From assembly GCF_044704955.1 (NCBI RefSeq), contig NC_091988.1, positions 93,124,001-93,188,000 on the forward strand: 64,000 bases of DNA. Reading direction: 5' to 3'. The notes under the pieces are model-generated. The model saw nothing but the letters and a program-made list of their open reading frames with translations, was not told the origin of the DNA and searched no databases. Below, in pieces: positions 48,624 to 62,021 of this stretch. Source of the DNA: Pristiophorus japonicus (Eukaryota). Every line of letters starts with the position of its first letter. Within the stretch, counting starts at the first letter, position 1. The translations under genes and the position numbers were made by a program.

Positions 48624-51600
48624 TGTCATGTATTCAACCAACATTGTAACCCATGTATAAACTGACCTAAGTTGTAGACCGTGAGAACACTGATCACGAG
48701 GTGGGAGACACTCCTAACCTGGACCTTCAGGTATAAAAGGGGAAGCTCCACCCACCTTCGTCACTTGAGTGCTAAGGAATAAAGGACAGGTCACAGACTG
48801 ACCTTCTCTCAAGCATGGGCCTCATGTGCATTTATACTGTGTAGTAAGGACGTATCAATGGCGACAAGAAACTGGGATTTAAACCACGCGAGCATGGCCA
48901 CTAGCAGAACAGACGAGAGGTACTGTGTTAAGGAATGGTTGGGTCAGAGATTCAACATTGTTAAAGCAGCACACAGTTCTCCAGGCAGACAAGGGCAGTC
49001 AGGCATGCCCCAACATGTAGTCGAACCCAGAGGGGGAGTTCGACAGAGACAATGGCAAGCTGAACAGCGATTCACGCCATTGCAAGGGACAATGCGGACA
49101 GTAATGGGGCCATCAACACCTGTTAATGATGCACTCAAGGACAATAACAGGGGCAGTCAGGGACGATCGACTGGCAAGGGACCTTTTGTTTCAAACCGCA
49201 ACTCATGCTGGAGGCGTGGAGGCATACATTCAGCCGGAGTTTGCAGAGATGAGCAAAATATCTGCAGAAATTGCAGAAATGGACACTGGGGGAAATCGCT
49301 GGAAGCTGAAGTTCAGCGAGTTCATGTGGAGCACGTATACAGTTCATACACCAGGACGCCACCGATAATGATGAAAGTGCTCCTCAATGGCATCCCAGTA
49401 TCAATGGAGTTAGACACGGGTGCCAGCCAGTCCCTGATGGGTAGCAAACAGTTCGAAAAGTTGTGGGCATCCAAGGCCAGGAGGCCAAAATTATCACCGA
49501 TTGACGCACAGCTACGGACTTACACAAAGCAGATCATTCCGGTGCTAGGCAGTGCCACGGTAGTCGTGACCCACAAAGATTCGGAGAACAGGTTGCCACT
49601 CTGGATTGTCCCAGGGGACGGTCCCGCATTACTGGGGAGGAGTTGGCTTGCTGTCATGAACTGGAAATGGGGCGATGTCAATGCAATTTCCTCTGTGGAG
49701 CGAGTATCATGCTCACAGGTCCTGGACAAATTTGACTCATTATTTCAACCCGGCATTGGCACTTTCATGGGTGCCAAGGTACTGATTCACATAAACCCGG
49801 ACGCCAGACCAGTACACCACAAGGACCGCCTGTTGAGGGAAGGCATCATCTCGCCAGTCGAATTCAGTGACTGGGCGAGCCCGATTGTGCCGGTGCTCAA
49901 GGCGGATAGGTCGGTCAGGATATGTGCCGATTACAAGGCCACCATCAATCGGGTGTCACTCCAAGACCAGTACCCGCTATCGAGAGCGGAGGACCTCTTT
50001 GCGACGCTATCCGGTGGCAAACTTTTTCAAAATTGGACCTGACCTCAGCTTACATGACCCAGGCGAGTGAGTCGAAGAAGCTGACCACCATCACGACACA
50101 CAAGGGGTTGTTTGAGTACAACAGATGTCCGTTCGGGATTCGCTCGGCCGCCGTGATCTTCCAACGAAATATGGAAAGCCTCCTCAAGTCGATTCCAGGG
50201 ACGGTGGTTTTTCAGGACGACATTCTCATTACGGGTTACGATACTGAAGAACACCTCCACAACCTGGAGGAGGTGCTACGCAGACTGGACCGGGTAGGTC
50301 TGCGACTGACAAAGGCGAAGTGCGTCTTCCTAGCTCCAGAGGTAGAATTCCTGGGGATGAGGGTAGCAGCAGACGGGATCAGCCGTACTGCATCCAAGAC
50401 GGAAGCGATCCAAAGAGCACCCAGACCCCGTAACACGACGGAGCTGCGTTCGTTCCTGGGGCTCCTGAACTATTTTGGTAACTTTCTTCCCAAATTGAGC
50501 ACGCTGCTAGAGCCGCTACACATGCTCCTACGCAAAGGTCGCGAATGGGTCTGGGGGGACAGCCAGGAAAGGGCTTTTAATAGAGCACGCAATTTGTTAT
50601 GTTCCAACAATCTGTTAACGCTATATGACCCATGTAAGAAACTTGTGTTAACGTGCGATGCGTCGTCCTATGGTATCGGGTGTGTGTTGCAGCATGTCAA
50701 TATCAAGGGTCAGTTACAGCCGGTAGCTTATGCCTCCAGGAGTCTGTCCCAGGCAGAAAGGGGCTACGGGATGGTAGAAAAGGAGGCGCTCGCATGTGTA
50801 TATGCAGTAAAGAAAATGCACCAGTACCTGTTTGGCAGGAAATTTGAGCTGGAGACAGATCACAAACCCCCAACGTCCCTTTTGGCCGACAACAAGGCCA
50901 TAAATGCAAACGCATCGGCCCGCATACAGAGGTGGGCACTCACGTTAGCTGCCTATGACTACACAATTCAGCACAGACCGGGCACCGAAAACTGCGCCGA
51001 TGCACTCAGCAGGCTCCCACTAGCCACCACTGAGGGGGCTACCGAGCATGGTGCTGAGATGGTCATGGCTGTTGAAGCTTTCGGAAGCGAAGGCTCACCC
51101 GTGACAGCCCGTCAGATTAAAGTCTGCACAAATAGAGATCCGCTATTGTCTCTAGTCAAGAAATGTGTCCTGAATGGGGACTAGGCAGCCATGTACAGGG
51201 CATGCCCTGAGAAATTTAAACCATTTCACAGGCGCAAGGATGAACTCTCGATTCAGGCCGATTACCTACTGTGGGGAAACCGCGTAGTCATGCCCCAGAT
51301 GGGCAGAGAGGTGTTCATCAGAGAACTCCACAATGGGCACCCGGGCATTGTCATGATGAAGGCAATTGCCAGGTCACACGTTTGGTGGCCAGGGATAGAC
51401 GCAGATCTGGAACTTTGTGTTCGCAGGTGCAACACGTGTGCCCAGCTGGGCCATGCGCCCAGGGAAGCCCCCCTTAGCCCCTGGCCATGGCCCGCTAAGC
51501 CTTGGTCACGCATCCATGTGGACTACGCAGGTCCTTTCATGGGGAAAATGTTTTTGGTTGTAGTAGACGCCTACTCCAAATGGATCGAGTGTGACATTTT

Positions 51601-52691
51601 AAATTCAAGCACATCCTCTGCCACGGTAGAAAGTCTACGGGCAATGTTCGCCGCCCACGGTCTACCGGACATCTTGATCAGCGACAATGGCCCGTGCTTC
51701 ACAAGCACTGAATTCCAGGACTTCATGGCAGGCAATGGAATTAACCATGTTAGAACGGCACCGTTCAAGCCGGCCTCAAACGGCCAGGCAGAACGAGCAG
51801 TGCAGATATTCAAACAGGGGATACTCAGATTCCAAGGGGGTTCCCTACAAACCCGCTTATCACGCCTCCTGTTGGCCTATAGATCCCGACCACACTCGCT
51901 CACAGGGGTTCCACCCGCAGAGCTACTAATGAAAAGGACGCTCAAAACCCGATTATCCCTTATACACCCTACCATGAAAGAAATTGTCGAGAGCAGGCGC
52001 CAGTCACAATATCACTACCATGACAGGAATGCGAGGGCGCGATGTATTGATGTAAATGATCCTGTTTTTGTCCTCAACTATGCTGCAGGGCCTAAATGGC
52101 TCGCAGGCACTGTGGTTGCCAAAGAGGGAAATAGGATTCTGGTAGTTAAACTTACCAATGCACAAATCTGCCGCAAACATGTGGATCAAACAAAAAGGAG
52201 GTTCAGCAACCCCATAGAAGAAGCAGAGGAAGAACACGATATAGAGTTCACTCCACCACAGATGACCGAACACCGGAACCAAAGGGAGGAGAGTCCAGTC
52301 ACTGTGGCAGTCCGGACAGGCCTGAGGCACTGCAAACAGCAGACACTCAGGCCAGCGCCCAACAACCGGAGCCCCAACTCAGGCGCTCTACAAGGGAGCG
52401 TAAACCACCAGAGAGACTCAACCTGTGATCCCAATAAGACTTTGGGGGGGGAGGTGATGTCATGTATTCAACCAGCATTGTAACCCATGTATAAACTGAC
52501 CTAAGTTGTACACCGTGAGAACACTGACCTCTAGGTGGGAGACACTCCTAACCTGGACCTTCAGGTTTAAAAGGGGAAGCTCCACCCACCTTCATCACTT
52601 GAATGCTGAGGAATAAAGGACAGGTCACAGACTGACCTTCTCTCAAGCATGGGCCTCGTGTGCATTTATACTGTGTAGTAAGGACGTATCA
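48624..52691 (+). mobile_element. Gypsy LTR retrotransposon with both LTRs; gag largely deleted
   Basis: 234-bp LTRs (TG...CA) at 48624-48857 and 52458-52691; PBS-like TGGCGAC; PPT (G-run then aggtga); TSD gtagc at 48619-48623 and 52692-52696. Inserted in a Deu-SINE head that resumes at ~52697. Confidence 0.97.
48858..52483 (+). pseudogene. Disrupted gag-pol of the Gypsy element
   Basis: Protease LDTGAS, RT FQDD, RNase H CDAS/ETDHKP/ADALSR, integrase HPG...C-x2-C, HVDY, SDNG, AERAV. One frameshift near 50025 and a stop at 51182-51184. Confidence 0.9.
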
Positions 52692-53284
52692 GTAGCAATC
52701 TTGCAAGAATCAGAAGTCGTGGGTTCAAGTCTCACTGCAGGTCATAATCTAAATAGGCATTTTAGTACAGTACTGAGAGAGTGCCACACTGTCATGCTTT
52801 TGTTGCAAAGATCCCGTGGCACTTTTTTGACAAAGAACAGGAGAGTCTTTCCAGTGACTGGGACAATATTCATTCCTCAGCCAGCACCAGATGAACTGTA
52901 TTTAATTCCTATTTGTGGGAGCTTGCTGTATGCAAATTGATTGCTGCATTTGCCTACATTGGAACAGTGACTGCACTTCAGAAGAACTTCATTGGCTGTG
53001 AAGCACTTTGGGAGGTCGTGACAGGGGCTAAAGAAATGAAAGTCTTCACTGGGTATAGGAAATGGATTCCCAGCAAATGCAATTCACGAGCTAGCTTTGA
53101 GTGTGGAAGGCCATCTCCACTCTTCCAGCCAAAAAGACCCAATCATTACTTGAATGATTTCAGTGTCCTCATACTCTACTTTTGTAGCTGAATTTGAAGA
53201 ATTTTTTTAGATACATTGTTTCTATACCTGTACTGTCTTGTATACTTCAGTGAAATCACTTCCAATACAGACTGAAAAGTTCTA

Positions 53285-53859
53285 GGAGGCAAAATTGCCC
53301 CTCGCTCGGTTTTAGGCACATAATTTGAATTAAAAGAATTTAGCACCCGGCGAGATGGACCGCTAAGTTGTGCGGAATTGGGGTCTTAGAGCAAAGAAAA
53401 TGTGTGGGGCGGTAACGGAGCGGTCGCGGGGCGCGACTCTCAGTGCCGCGCGGTGCTAACGTACCGCGTCACAAGGTTCCTTGCCTTTTAAAGGGGGGGC
53501 CACTGCGATTTCTGCAGCCGCTTTAATGGCGCCCACTGGGCCACCAGGGAGGGTGTCAGCTGGGCCAGTGGGGGGGGGGGGGGGTTGCTGGGCTGCATGT
53601 TGGCAGTGTGGCTGACACAGAAAAGATGGTGGCGGCGCTACCACCTCTCCTTTAAGGAGAGCCACCACAACTTCTCGGCCTGCGAAGGTGTCGGTGGCAT
53701 CGCCTCACTCGTCCCGCGGGGTGCAAAGGGGTCGGCGTGGGGCGATGGGTCGGTGTGCACGGCGAATCGCAGGGCGCGGTGCAAAGCTCTTTTTGCACAG
53801 GGAGGGAGGGGGGTGGGGTTGCAGCAACAGGCCTTTCTCTGAGGGGCAATTTTGGCCCC
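53285..53859. mobile_element. GC-rich non-autonomous TIR element (Harbinger-like MITE)
   Basis: 19-bp TIRs ggaggcaaaattgcccctc and gaggggcaattttggcccc, with 3-bp flanking repeat cta on both sides. Confidence 0.8.
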
Positions 53860-54554
53860 CTAGTCGCTCCAGCTTTCTCTGTAACTCATTCCTCTGACAC
53901 TAGGGACTGTCTCATGACTTTGAAACCTCTCCAGTGCTTAAATGTCTCCTTTGAGTCTCGGTGACCAGACAGACAGAGTATGTGAGCTCCTCCTGTTGTG
54001 TCAATGAACTTCTTCAAAAAAGAGTTGGCTAAGTATCTGTTTTTGAAGGGGATTGAAGGCCACAGAGGGTTAAATAATCAGCCGGACATGATGGCTGTTG
54101 CACTGTTGGTGCCACGGACCTGTGGAATGGAGCTGTTGAGAACGGGACAGTGCAGGTCGGATTAATACCTGCGGTAGGGTCAGGGTTAAATGAATTTTTT
54201 TGTACAATTTACTGAGGTTGATTGGTTGGAGTAAAGTCCTGAGCAATATAAGTTGACTGTGGAGAGAAGGGCCATTTCTCATTTTATACTTGCTCTGTGT
54301 GGCGTTGCTACTCCGGCAGCCATTGTTGTTCCTTTCAGCATTCACCCTTGTTAAAGGTGGTGCAGTGGGGTTAGATACCTGGACTTTCAGAAATCTCTGC
54401 TGTAAGGGAGTTTGGAGCAGTCTACTTTTAGGGATGTGGGTGTCGCTGACAAGGCCAGGATTTATAGCTCATCCCTAGCTGACCTAATTTGCTACAACTG
54501 AGTGGCTTGCTGGGCCATATTGGTATGGGATTCGAGTCACATTTAGGCCAGAAA

Positions 54555-55000
54555 AGAAAGACTTGCATTTATATAGCACCTTTCATGACCACCGGACATC
54601 TTAAAGCGCTTTACGGCCAATGAAGTACTTTTGGAGTGCAGTCACTGTTGTAATATGGGAAATGTGGCAACTAACTTGCACACAGCAAGCTCCCACAAAC
54701 AGCAATGTGATAATGGCCTGATAATCTGTTTTTGTTATGTTGATTGAGGGATAAATATTGGCCAAGACACCGGGGATAACTCTCCTGCTCTTCTTCAAAA
54801 TAGTGCCATGGTATCTTTTACGTCCACCTGAGAGAGCAGACAAGGCCTCGGTTTAACGGCTCTTCCGAAAGACAGCACCTCCGACAGGGCAGCGCTCCCT
54901 CAGCACTGTACTGTAGCGTTAGCCTAGATTTTTGTGCTCAAGTTCCTGGAGTGGGACTTGAACCCACAACCTTCTGACTCAGATGCGAATATGCTACCAG
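54555..55000 (-). mobile_element. Deu-domain SINE
   Basis: Reverse complement of the 44979-45480 element. Confidence 0.9.
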
Positions 55001-56129
55001 ACAAGATGAGGATGGCAGATTACCTTTTACTTATACTATAACAGCTTTTTATTTCCAGAGATTCGAGCTCGCGTTCTCTGCATTATTAGCCTAGGTCCCT
55101 GGATGACTAGTCCAATAAGCTAAGCACTATACTACCGTACCCCCCAACCCCCATCCACCCGCATCCTCCTTTCCCCCTCCCCGATCCGGCTCCTCGTGGG
55201 CATGTGCACTCGTTGCAAAATTGCCTCCAATTCCACACAAAGCTGGCAGCATCGCTCGGAGAGGTCAAAGGATGGTTAGAGCGTGGGAAGTGAGAAAATC
55301 TAAACCAATGTCGCAGTGGTGCAAGAGGGTCAGGCTTATTTTAGGTTGGGGCTGATTGTCCTTGTCAGGGGCAGAAGGGAGGAGACGTTTCTAGCAGGTC
55401 TTCCTGGCTGTGGGTCTTGGCGAGTTGCAGCATTGGACTCGCAATGAACGAAGGGCCCATGCTCCTGGATGCAGTAGGACAAACAGGGCTTTAATTGAGC
55501 TGCATCTGATCTTTCGAGTGCCTGATGCTGACACTAGGTGTCTGAAATGGCCCCAACACTGACATCCCTCATCTTGATGAACACACAATTCTCTAAAATG
55601 GAGTTGGGGAGGGAGGCTGCTAAATACCAATTTGTGACTTAACAAAAAGTTGCAGAGCTGCTTTGAAGCGGTTAATTTGAAAGGCTGGGATTTGTTGAGG
55701 AATAAACTGGAATGACCCTAGTGTTGTCATTAGCTGTCAGATCTGCAATCAGCAGTGATCAGCATTCCTACAGTGGAACCCTGCCAGAATCACAGCGTGA
55801 CCTTGCAGCTAAGTGTCCTGATAATGGGAAACCCATTTTTAATTTTATTGGGAACATTGATTATTTTTGGTTTTTGCAGCCCTGGTTCCACTCCCCCCAT
55901 CTTCGTCATCTTTCTAAACCCTCTCTGATCAGCTTTGAACCACGTTCCTTCAGGGAATTCTTGAGTTAATTGACTGTTTTGTGGTCCAATACTCTTTTTT
56001 TACAAGACGCCTCTGATAATTGTGCAGGTGGAGACAGTCCTGTCATGAAAAGACCCCGGTTTCAGCAGTCTCTGAGCCATCATAGCACTCCTTGGCAGTG
56101 GATTAACCTGGGTACCTTGGATGTAATAA

Positions 56130-56590
56130 AGAAAGACGTGTATTTATATAGCGCCTTTCACGACCACTGAACACCCCAAAGCATTTACAGCCAATTAAGT
56201 ATTTTTTGGAATGTAGTCACTGTTGTAATGTGGGGAAAGCAGCAGCCAATTTGCGCACAGCAAGCTCCCACGAACAGCAATGTGATAATGACCAGATAAA
56301 CTGTTTTTGTTATGTTTATTGAGGGAGAAATATTGGCCAGGGAACCGAGTATAACTCTCCTGATCTTCTTTGAAATAATGCCATTTGACCTTTTATGTCC
56401 ACCTGAGAGAGCACATGGGGCCTCGGTTTAACGTCTCATCCGAAAGACGGCACCTCCGACAGTGCAGCACTCCCTTAGTACTGCACTGAAATATCAGCCT
56501 AGACTTTTGTGCTCATGTCTCGGGAGTGGGCCGTGAACCCACAACCTTCTGGCTCTGAGGCGAATGTGCTACCCACTGAGCCATGGCTGC
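56130..56590 (-). mobile_element. Deu-domain SINE, full length
   Basis: Reverse complement of the 44979-45480 element, including the head (cccactgagcca). Confidence 0.9.
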
Positions 56591-56612
56591 CTTTGATAAT
56601 GGCAAAGATAGT

Positions 56613-58769
56613 GGGACCGAAATTGCCCTCCGCCTCAAACGGGGCGCAATTACCGTTTTGTAAGTGTTCTGTCCGGCCCAATGCATGGGGCGGATAACCG
56701 GCGAAATTTAGGACTTTATTTCTTTATTTGCAGCGGGTGTTATCATCAGGGCGGAAATGTGGGCGTGTCGGAACGGCTGTCGCTCCGACTCATCAGCACC
56801 ATGCTGACCCGTCACAACATCCCTCCCCTTCAGTTAAAGGGGAAGGCTGCTGCGAACTCTGCAAGGAGGGTTTGGTCTGGGTCAGTGGTCTAAGAGAGGG
56901 TGTCGGGCTGCCTGTTGGCGTCCTGGCCGAACCAGTGATCACCATTAGAAACATAGAAACGTAGAAAATAGGTGCAGGAGTAGGCCATTCAGCCCTTCGA
57001 GCCTGCACCGCCATTCAATGAGTTCATGGCTGAACATGCAACCTCAGTACCCCATTCCTGCTTTCTCGCCATACCCCTTGATCCCCCTAGTAGTAAGGAC
57101 TACATCTAACTCCTTTTTGAATATATTTAGTGAATTGGCCTCAACAACTTTCTGTGGTAGAGAATTCCACAGGTTCACCACTCTCTGGGTGAAGAAGTTT
57201 CTCCTCATCTCAGTCCTAAATGGCTTAACCCTTATCCTTAGACTGTGACCCCTGGTTCTGGACTTCCCCAACATTGGGAACATTCTTCCTGAATCTAACC
57301 TGTCTAAACCCGTCAGAATTTTAAACGTTTCTATGAGATCCCCTCTCATTCTTCTGAACTCCAGTGAATACAAGCCCAGTTGATCCAGTCTTTCTTGATA
57401 TGTCAGTCCCGCCATCCTGGGAATCAGTCTGGTGAACCTTCGCTGCACTCCCTCAATAGCAAGAATGTCCTTCCTCAAGTTAGGAGACCAAAACTGTACA
57501 CAATACTCCAGGTGTGGCCTCACCAAGGCCCTGTATAACTGTAGCAACACCTCCCTGCCTCTGTACTCAAATCCCCTCGCTATGAAGGCCAACATGCCAT
57601 TTGCTTTCTTAACCGCCTGTTGTACCTGCATGCCAACCTTCAATGACTGATGTACCATGACACCAGGTCTCGTTGCACCTCCCCTTTTCCTAATCTGTCA
57701 CCATTCAGATAATAGTCTGTCTCTCTGTTTTTACCATCAAAGTGGATAACCTCACATTTATCCACATTATACTTCATCTACCATGCATTTGCCCACTCAC
57801 CTAACCTATCCAAGTCACTCTGCAGCCTCATAGCATCCTCCTCGCAGCTCACACTGCCACCCAACTTAGTGCCATCCGCAAATTTGGAGATACTACATTT
57901 AATCTCCTCGTCTAAATCATTAATGTACAATGTAAACAGCTGGGGCCTCAGCACAGAACCTTGCGGTACCCCACTAGTCATTGCCTGCCATTCTGAAAAG
58001 TACCCATTTACTCCTACTCTTTGTTTCCTGTCTGACAACCAGTTCTTAATCCATGTCAGCACACTACCCCCAATCCCATGTGCTTTAACTTTGCACATTA
58101 ATCTCTTGTGTGGGACCTTGTCGAAAGCCTTCTGAAAGTCCAAATATACCACATCAACTGGTTCTCCCTTGTCCGCTCTACTGGAAACATCCTCAAAAAA
58201 TTCCAGAAGATTTGTCAAGCATGATTTCCCTTTCACAAATCCATGCTGACTTGGACCTATCATGTCACCTCTTTCCAAATGCGCTGCTATGACATCCTTA
58301 ATAATTGATTCCATCATTTTACCCACTACCGATGTCAGGCTGACCGGTCTATAATTCCCTGTTTTCTCTCTCCCTCCTTTTTAAAAAAGTGGGGTTACAT
58401 TGGCTACCCTCCACTCCATAGGAACTGATCCAAAGTCTATGGAATGTTGGAAAATGATTGTCAATACATCCGCTATTTCCAAGGCCACCTCCTTAAGTAC
58501 CCTGGGATGCAGTCCATCAGGCCCTGGGGATTTATCGGCCTTCAATCCCATCAATTTCCCCAACACAATTTCCCGACTAATAATGATTTTCCTCAGTTCC
58601 TCCTTCTTACTAGACCCTCTGACCCCTTTTATATCCGGAAGGTTGTTTGTGTCCTCCTTAGTGAATACCGAACCAAAGTACTTGTTCAATTGGTCTGTCA
58701 TTTCTTTGTTCCCCATTATGACGGAATGACCTGGTCACGGCTCTTATAGAAAGGGGCAATTTTGGCCCC
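56613..58769. mobile_element. GC-rich TIR element, split by a CR1
   Basis: Left gggaccgaaattgccc, right gggcaattttggcccc. Shares the internal motif tccccttca(g/c)ttaaagggga with the 47080 element. Confidence 0.7.
56948..58712 (-). mobile_element. Young CR1 LINE, same subfamily as 20766 and 32658, opposite orientation
   Basis: Minus-strand ORFs are near-identical to those copies. Flanking ccatta at 56942-56947 and 58713-58718. Confidence 0.95.
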
Positions 58770-59321
58770 AAGGACTCTGCCCAGTTATACCACTGAGTTC
58801 TTAAAGTTCAGATAACAAATTCTGGGGTTTTTGAAGGGCTTCCTGAGTGCAACTATTTATTTTTAAGAAGTCCTCATCTTAACAATCATTGAAATAATAT
58901 TTATGTTTGTACATGAGGTGAAGCACTGAAAATTCCCTTCCCACCACGTATAATCTCATGAGCATGCTGTATAACGCGAAGGAGTTTTGGGAGCCTTGGT
59001 TATGCGAGATCTGACCTGTGGTGCAATAAGGTCGCTCTGTTCCTTCCTTTTTGCAGCTGAGACCCGCGTTCTGCTGTCATATGCACAGTAATAAATATCT
59101 TGGGAACCTCGTGATTAGATTCCAGCCTGTAATTCACTTCCAGGTATCCATTCTATATATTTTCTCCATCAATCTTGACTTTATAAGGTTGAAAAATATA
59201 TCCTTCAACAAAGGAAGTGACATTTTTGTTATACATGAATGTAATTAAGTTTTTTTTTGTTTTTCAAAATTCACTCTTCCTGAATGTTGCTGGAGCATGG
59301 TTCCATGGGCCAGTCCTCTGA

Positions 59322-59838
59322 TACTATTGGAGGCAGTTCAGAGAAGGTTTACGAGGTTGATTCCTGGGATGAAGGAGTTGTCTTATGAAGAAAGGTTGAG
59401 CAGGTTGGGCCTATACTCATTGGAGTTGAGAAGAATGGGAGGTGATCTTATCGAAACATATAAGATTTTGAGGGGGTTCGACAGGGTAAATGCAGAGAGG
59501 ATGTTTCCCCTTGTGGGGGAATCTAGAACTAGGGGGCATAATTTCAGAATAAGGGGTCACCCATTTAAAACGGAAATGAGGAGGAGTTTCTTTTCTTCGA
59601 GGGTCGTAAATCTTTGGATTTCTCTTCCCCAGAGAGCTGTGGAGGCTGGATCATTGAATATATTTAAGGTGGAGATAGACAGATGTTTGAATGAAAAGGG
59701 AGTCGAGGGTTATAGAGTGCGGACAGGGAAGTGGAGCTGAGGCCAAGATCAGATCAGCCATGATCTTATTGAATGGCGGAGCAGGCTCGAGGGGCCAAAT
59801 GGCTGACTCCTGCTCCTATTTCTTATGTTCTTATGTTC
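59322..59838 (+). mobile_element. CR1 3' end
   Basis: LEAVQRRFTRLIPG...TRGHNFRIRG; (ttcttatg)n tail. Confidence 0.9.
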
Positions 59839-60668
59839 ACCCTTCCTGAATGTTGCTGGGGCATGGTTCCGTAAGGTTTGTCAGTCCTCCGATACTTCAC
59901 CCCTCCTGACTGTTGCCCATCTAGGACTTATTGTCAGCTAACTAGTCAAACCAAGTGGGGCTTGAGGAGTTCAGAGTGGTGACGGAGACGTAATGCTGGA
60001 TGTTGTCAAGATACGTGTGAAAGCTTACTCTGTGTCTATGAATGACGTCACCAAGGGGCAGCATGTGGACCAGGAAAAGGAGCCAAGGATGTGACTATCA
60101 AATTGCATGAAAACCTGTGAAGTCCTAGATGGGCAACGAGGGAGAACCACAATGTTGTCCTCCTGCAGAAAATAGGGGAGAAAATACCTTGAAAAATAAA
60201 AAGGAAAGAAAATGAATTACTGTCTTGAGTCTGTGGTGTTTAATGATTGTGATACGTGTTTGTCAGATGCATGAGATGAGTGGGTTTAAACTGCAGGTCA
60301 CTGCGATATTTTCTAGGGCAGAGGGTGACATTTATGGTGAACTGCTCAGATATTTTATTACTCAAGCCCAGGGAAGGTTTAATTGAGGACAAAGGCTGTG
60401 TGATGCAGCAGACTGATTCTGAGAGCAGCCCTAACTCTTGACTTCAATCAAACCAGTGTGAGGGCTCATCAATCCAGATGAGTTTCCTTTAAACTTTTTT
60501 TTTACTGCGAACTTTGTGCTCATTCGTCAAAGGTTGTCAGTGCTGGGGGATGGATTACTCCCAGGCCAGGTATTCTCCCAGCCATGTGTGCTTTCTCATG
60601 AGTGAGATTGCCAATGTCGCACTGAAATTGGGGTCGTTTTGTGGTGCGAGTCCCTAAACAAACCTACG

Positions 60669-60907
60669 AGGGTTGCCACCTGTCCAGGGTTGCCCTGGAG
60701 TCCTCAGGAATGAGAGTTATTTGCTGGACACTGCTGTGAGTAACCTAGGGAAAAATCCTAGAGGAGTTAAATACTTGTTTTCCATTGTCTTTGAATATTT
60801 TTGTCTTGGGGGGGGGAAATGGCCGTTTGACCGGGCCGGGCAATTGAAGGCAGGAGGTCATGTGGTGAAACCCCTAGGAACATCTCCAACCAGAATTGAC
60901 AACCCTA
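60669..60907. mobile_element. Short TIR element (agggttgcca...tgacaaccct)
   Basis: Imperfect 10-bp terminal inverted repeat. No TSD established. Confidence 0.45.
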
Positions 60908-61504
60908 AAACCTACATTGTAAGGCAAATTTAGGACGGACGTCATGAAGTATTTAATTACACAAAGGATGAACAGTAGCTGGGTTGGTTGCGGTCAGGAT
61001 AGCTATACTGTATGATGAGCTATACTGTACTGGGGGCGGTGGGGTTGGTATAATAGAAGGATGAAATCAAATGGGCAGAACCTTGAGGGCCACTCATTGG
61101 ACAGATGGGTGGGGGGTGGGTGGGGTGATGGGGCGCAGGGGCATGACAGTGGGGAGGGAAGGAGCCATGGGCAAACTGCTAAGTTTAAAAAAAAATCTAC
61201 CTGTCTTATCTTTGGCTTGGTTGGCATAGCCCACCTCAGAAGGACATCCTCAACAAAAGGATGTCTGGTTGCCAGTTGGAAGGGAAGATTCTCCAAGGTT
61301 ATGATGGGTCTGCTGGGTAGTGCCTCTTTTGATCAATGGTTGCCAGGGTGACAGACTAACCATGTTACAGAGCAGAAAACTGAATGAATTTCTTCGGGAA
61401 AAAAATGGGCCAATTGTTTATTCTGACTGAAGAAAATAATTTGCTAATGTTTGACATAAAATATGCAGGCGGAAGGTCACTGTACACATAATTTATTTAA
61501 AAGA

Positions 61505-61675
61505 AAAGGAAGACTTGCAATTATATAGCACTTTTCACGACCTTAGAATGCCCCAAAGCGCTTTACAGCCAATGAAGTAATTTTGAAGTATCGTCACTGT
61601 GGTAATGTAGGGAACGTCGCAGCCAATTTGCGCACAGCAAGCTCCCGCTAACAGCAGTGTTTTAATTGATCAGCT
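61505..61675 (-). mobile_element. Deu-SINE 3' fragment
   Basis: agacttgcaattatatagcac...gccaatttgcgcacagcaagctccc. Confidence 0.8.
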
Positions 61676-62021
61676 AATGGGCCAGATCTTGCTGGAAAAA
61701 TAACGGTATGTTAATGATGCACCCTGCTATTAATGCGCAAATCGGCCAGCAATTTCAGCAGATTAAGAGGTATGGCGTGAGTTGGGAATCGCCAGAACTT
61801 GCTGGCTGATTTACGCCGCTCCACCGTTTGCTTTCCACAAATGGCACCTTGTCCTTAGCCTCCCCGTCGTTGTTAAGAACTTGCTGGATTTGCACATTCA
61901 TTGCTCATTAAACTCGCCGGAGAAAATTAAGGCTGGTAATTAATGGTGTAAGTACCCCTTTCTTCTTAGGCAGACCCCGGAGTCAAGGATGACTTGGTAC
62001 CGCACTAAAATAAGTTCCAAG

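Noticed and set aside
54088-54165. ATG ATG GCT GTT... as the non-palmitoylated GRIP first exon
   Set aside because: Only the MxAV start resembles it. The basic motif is absent, there is no GT donor at the expected position, and an in-frame stop follows.
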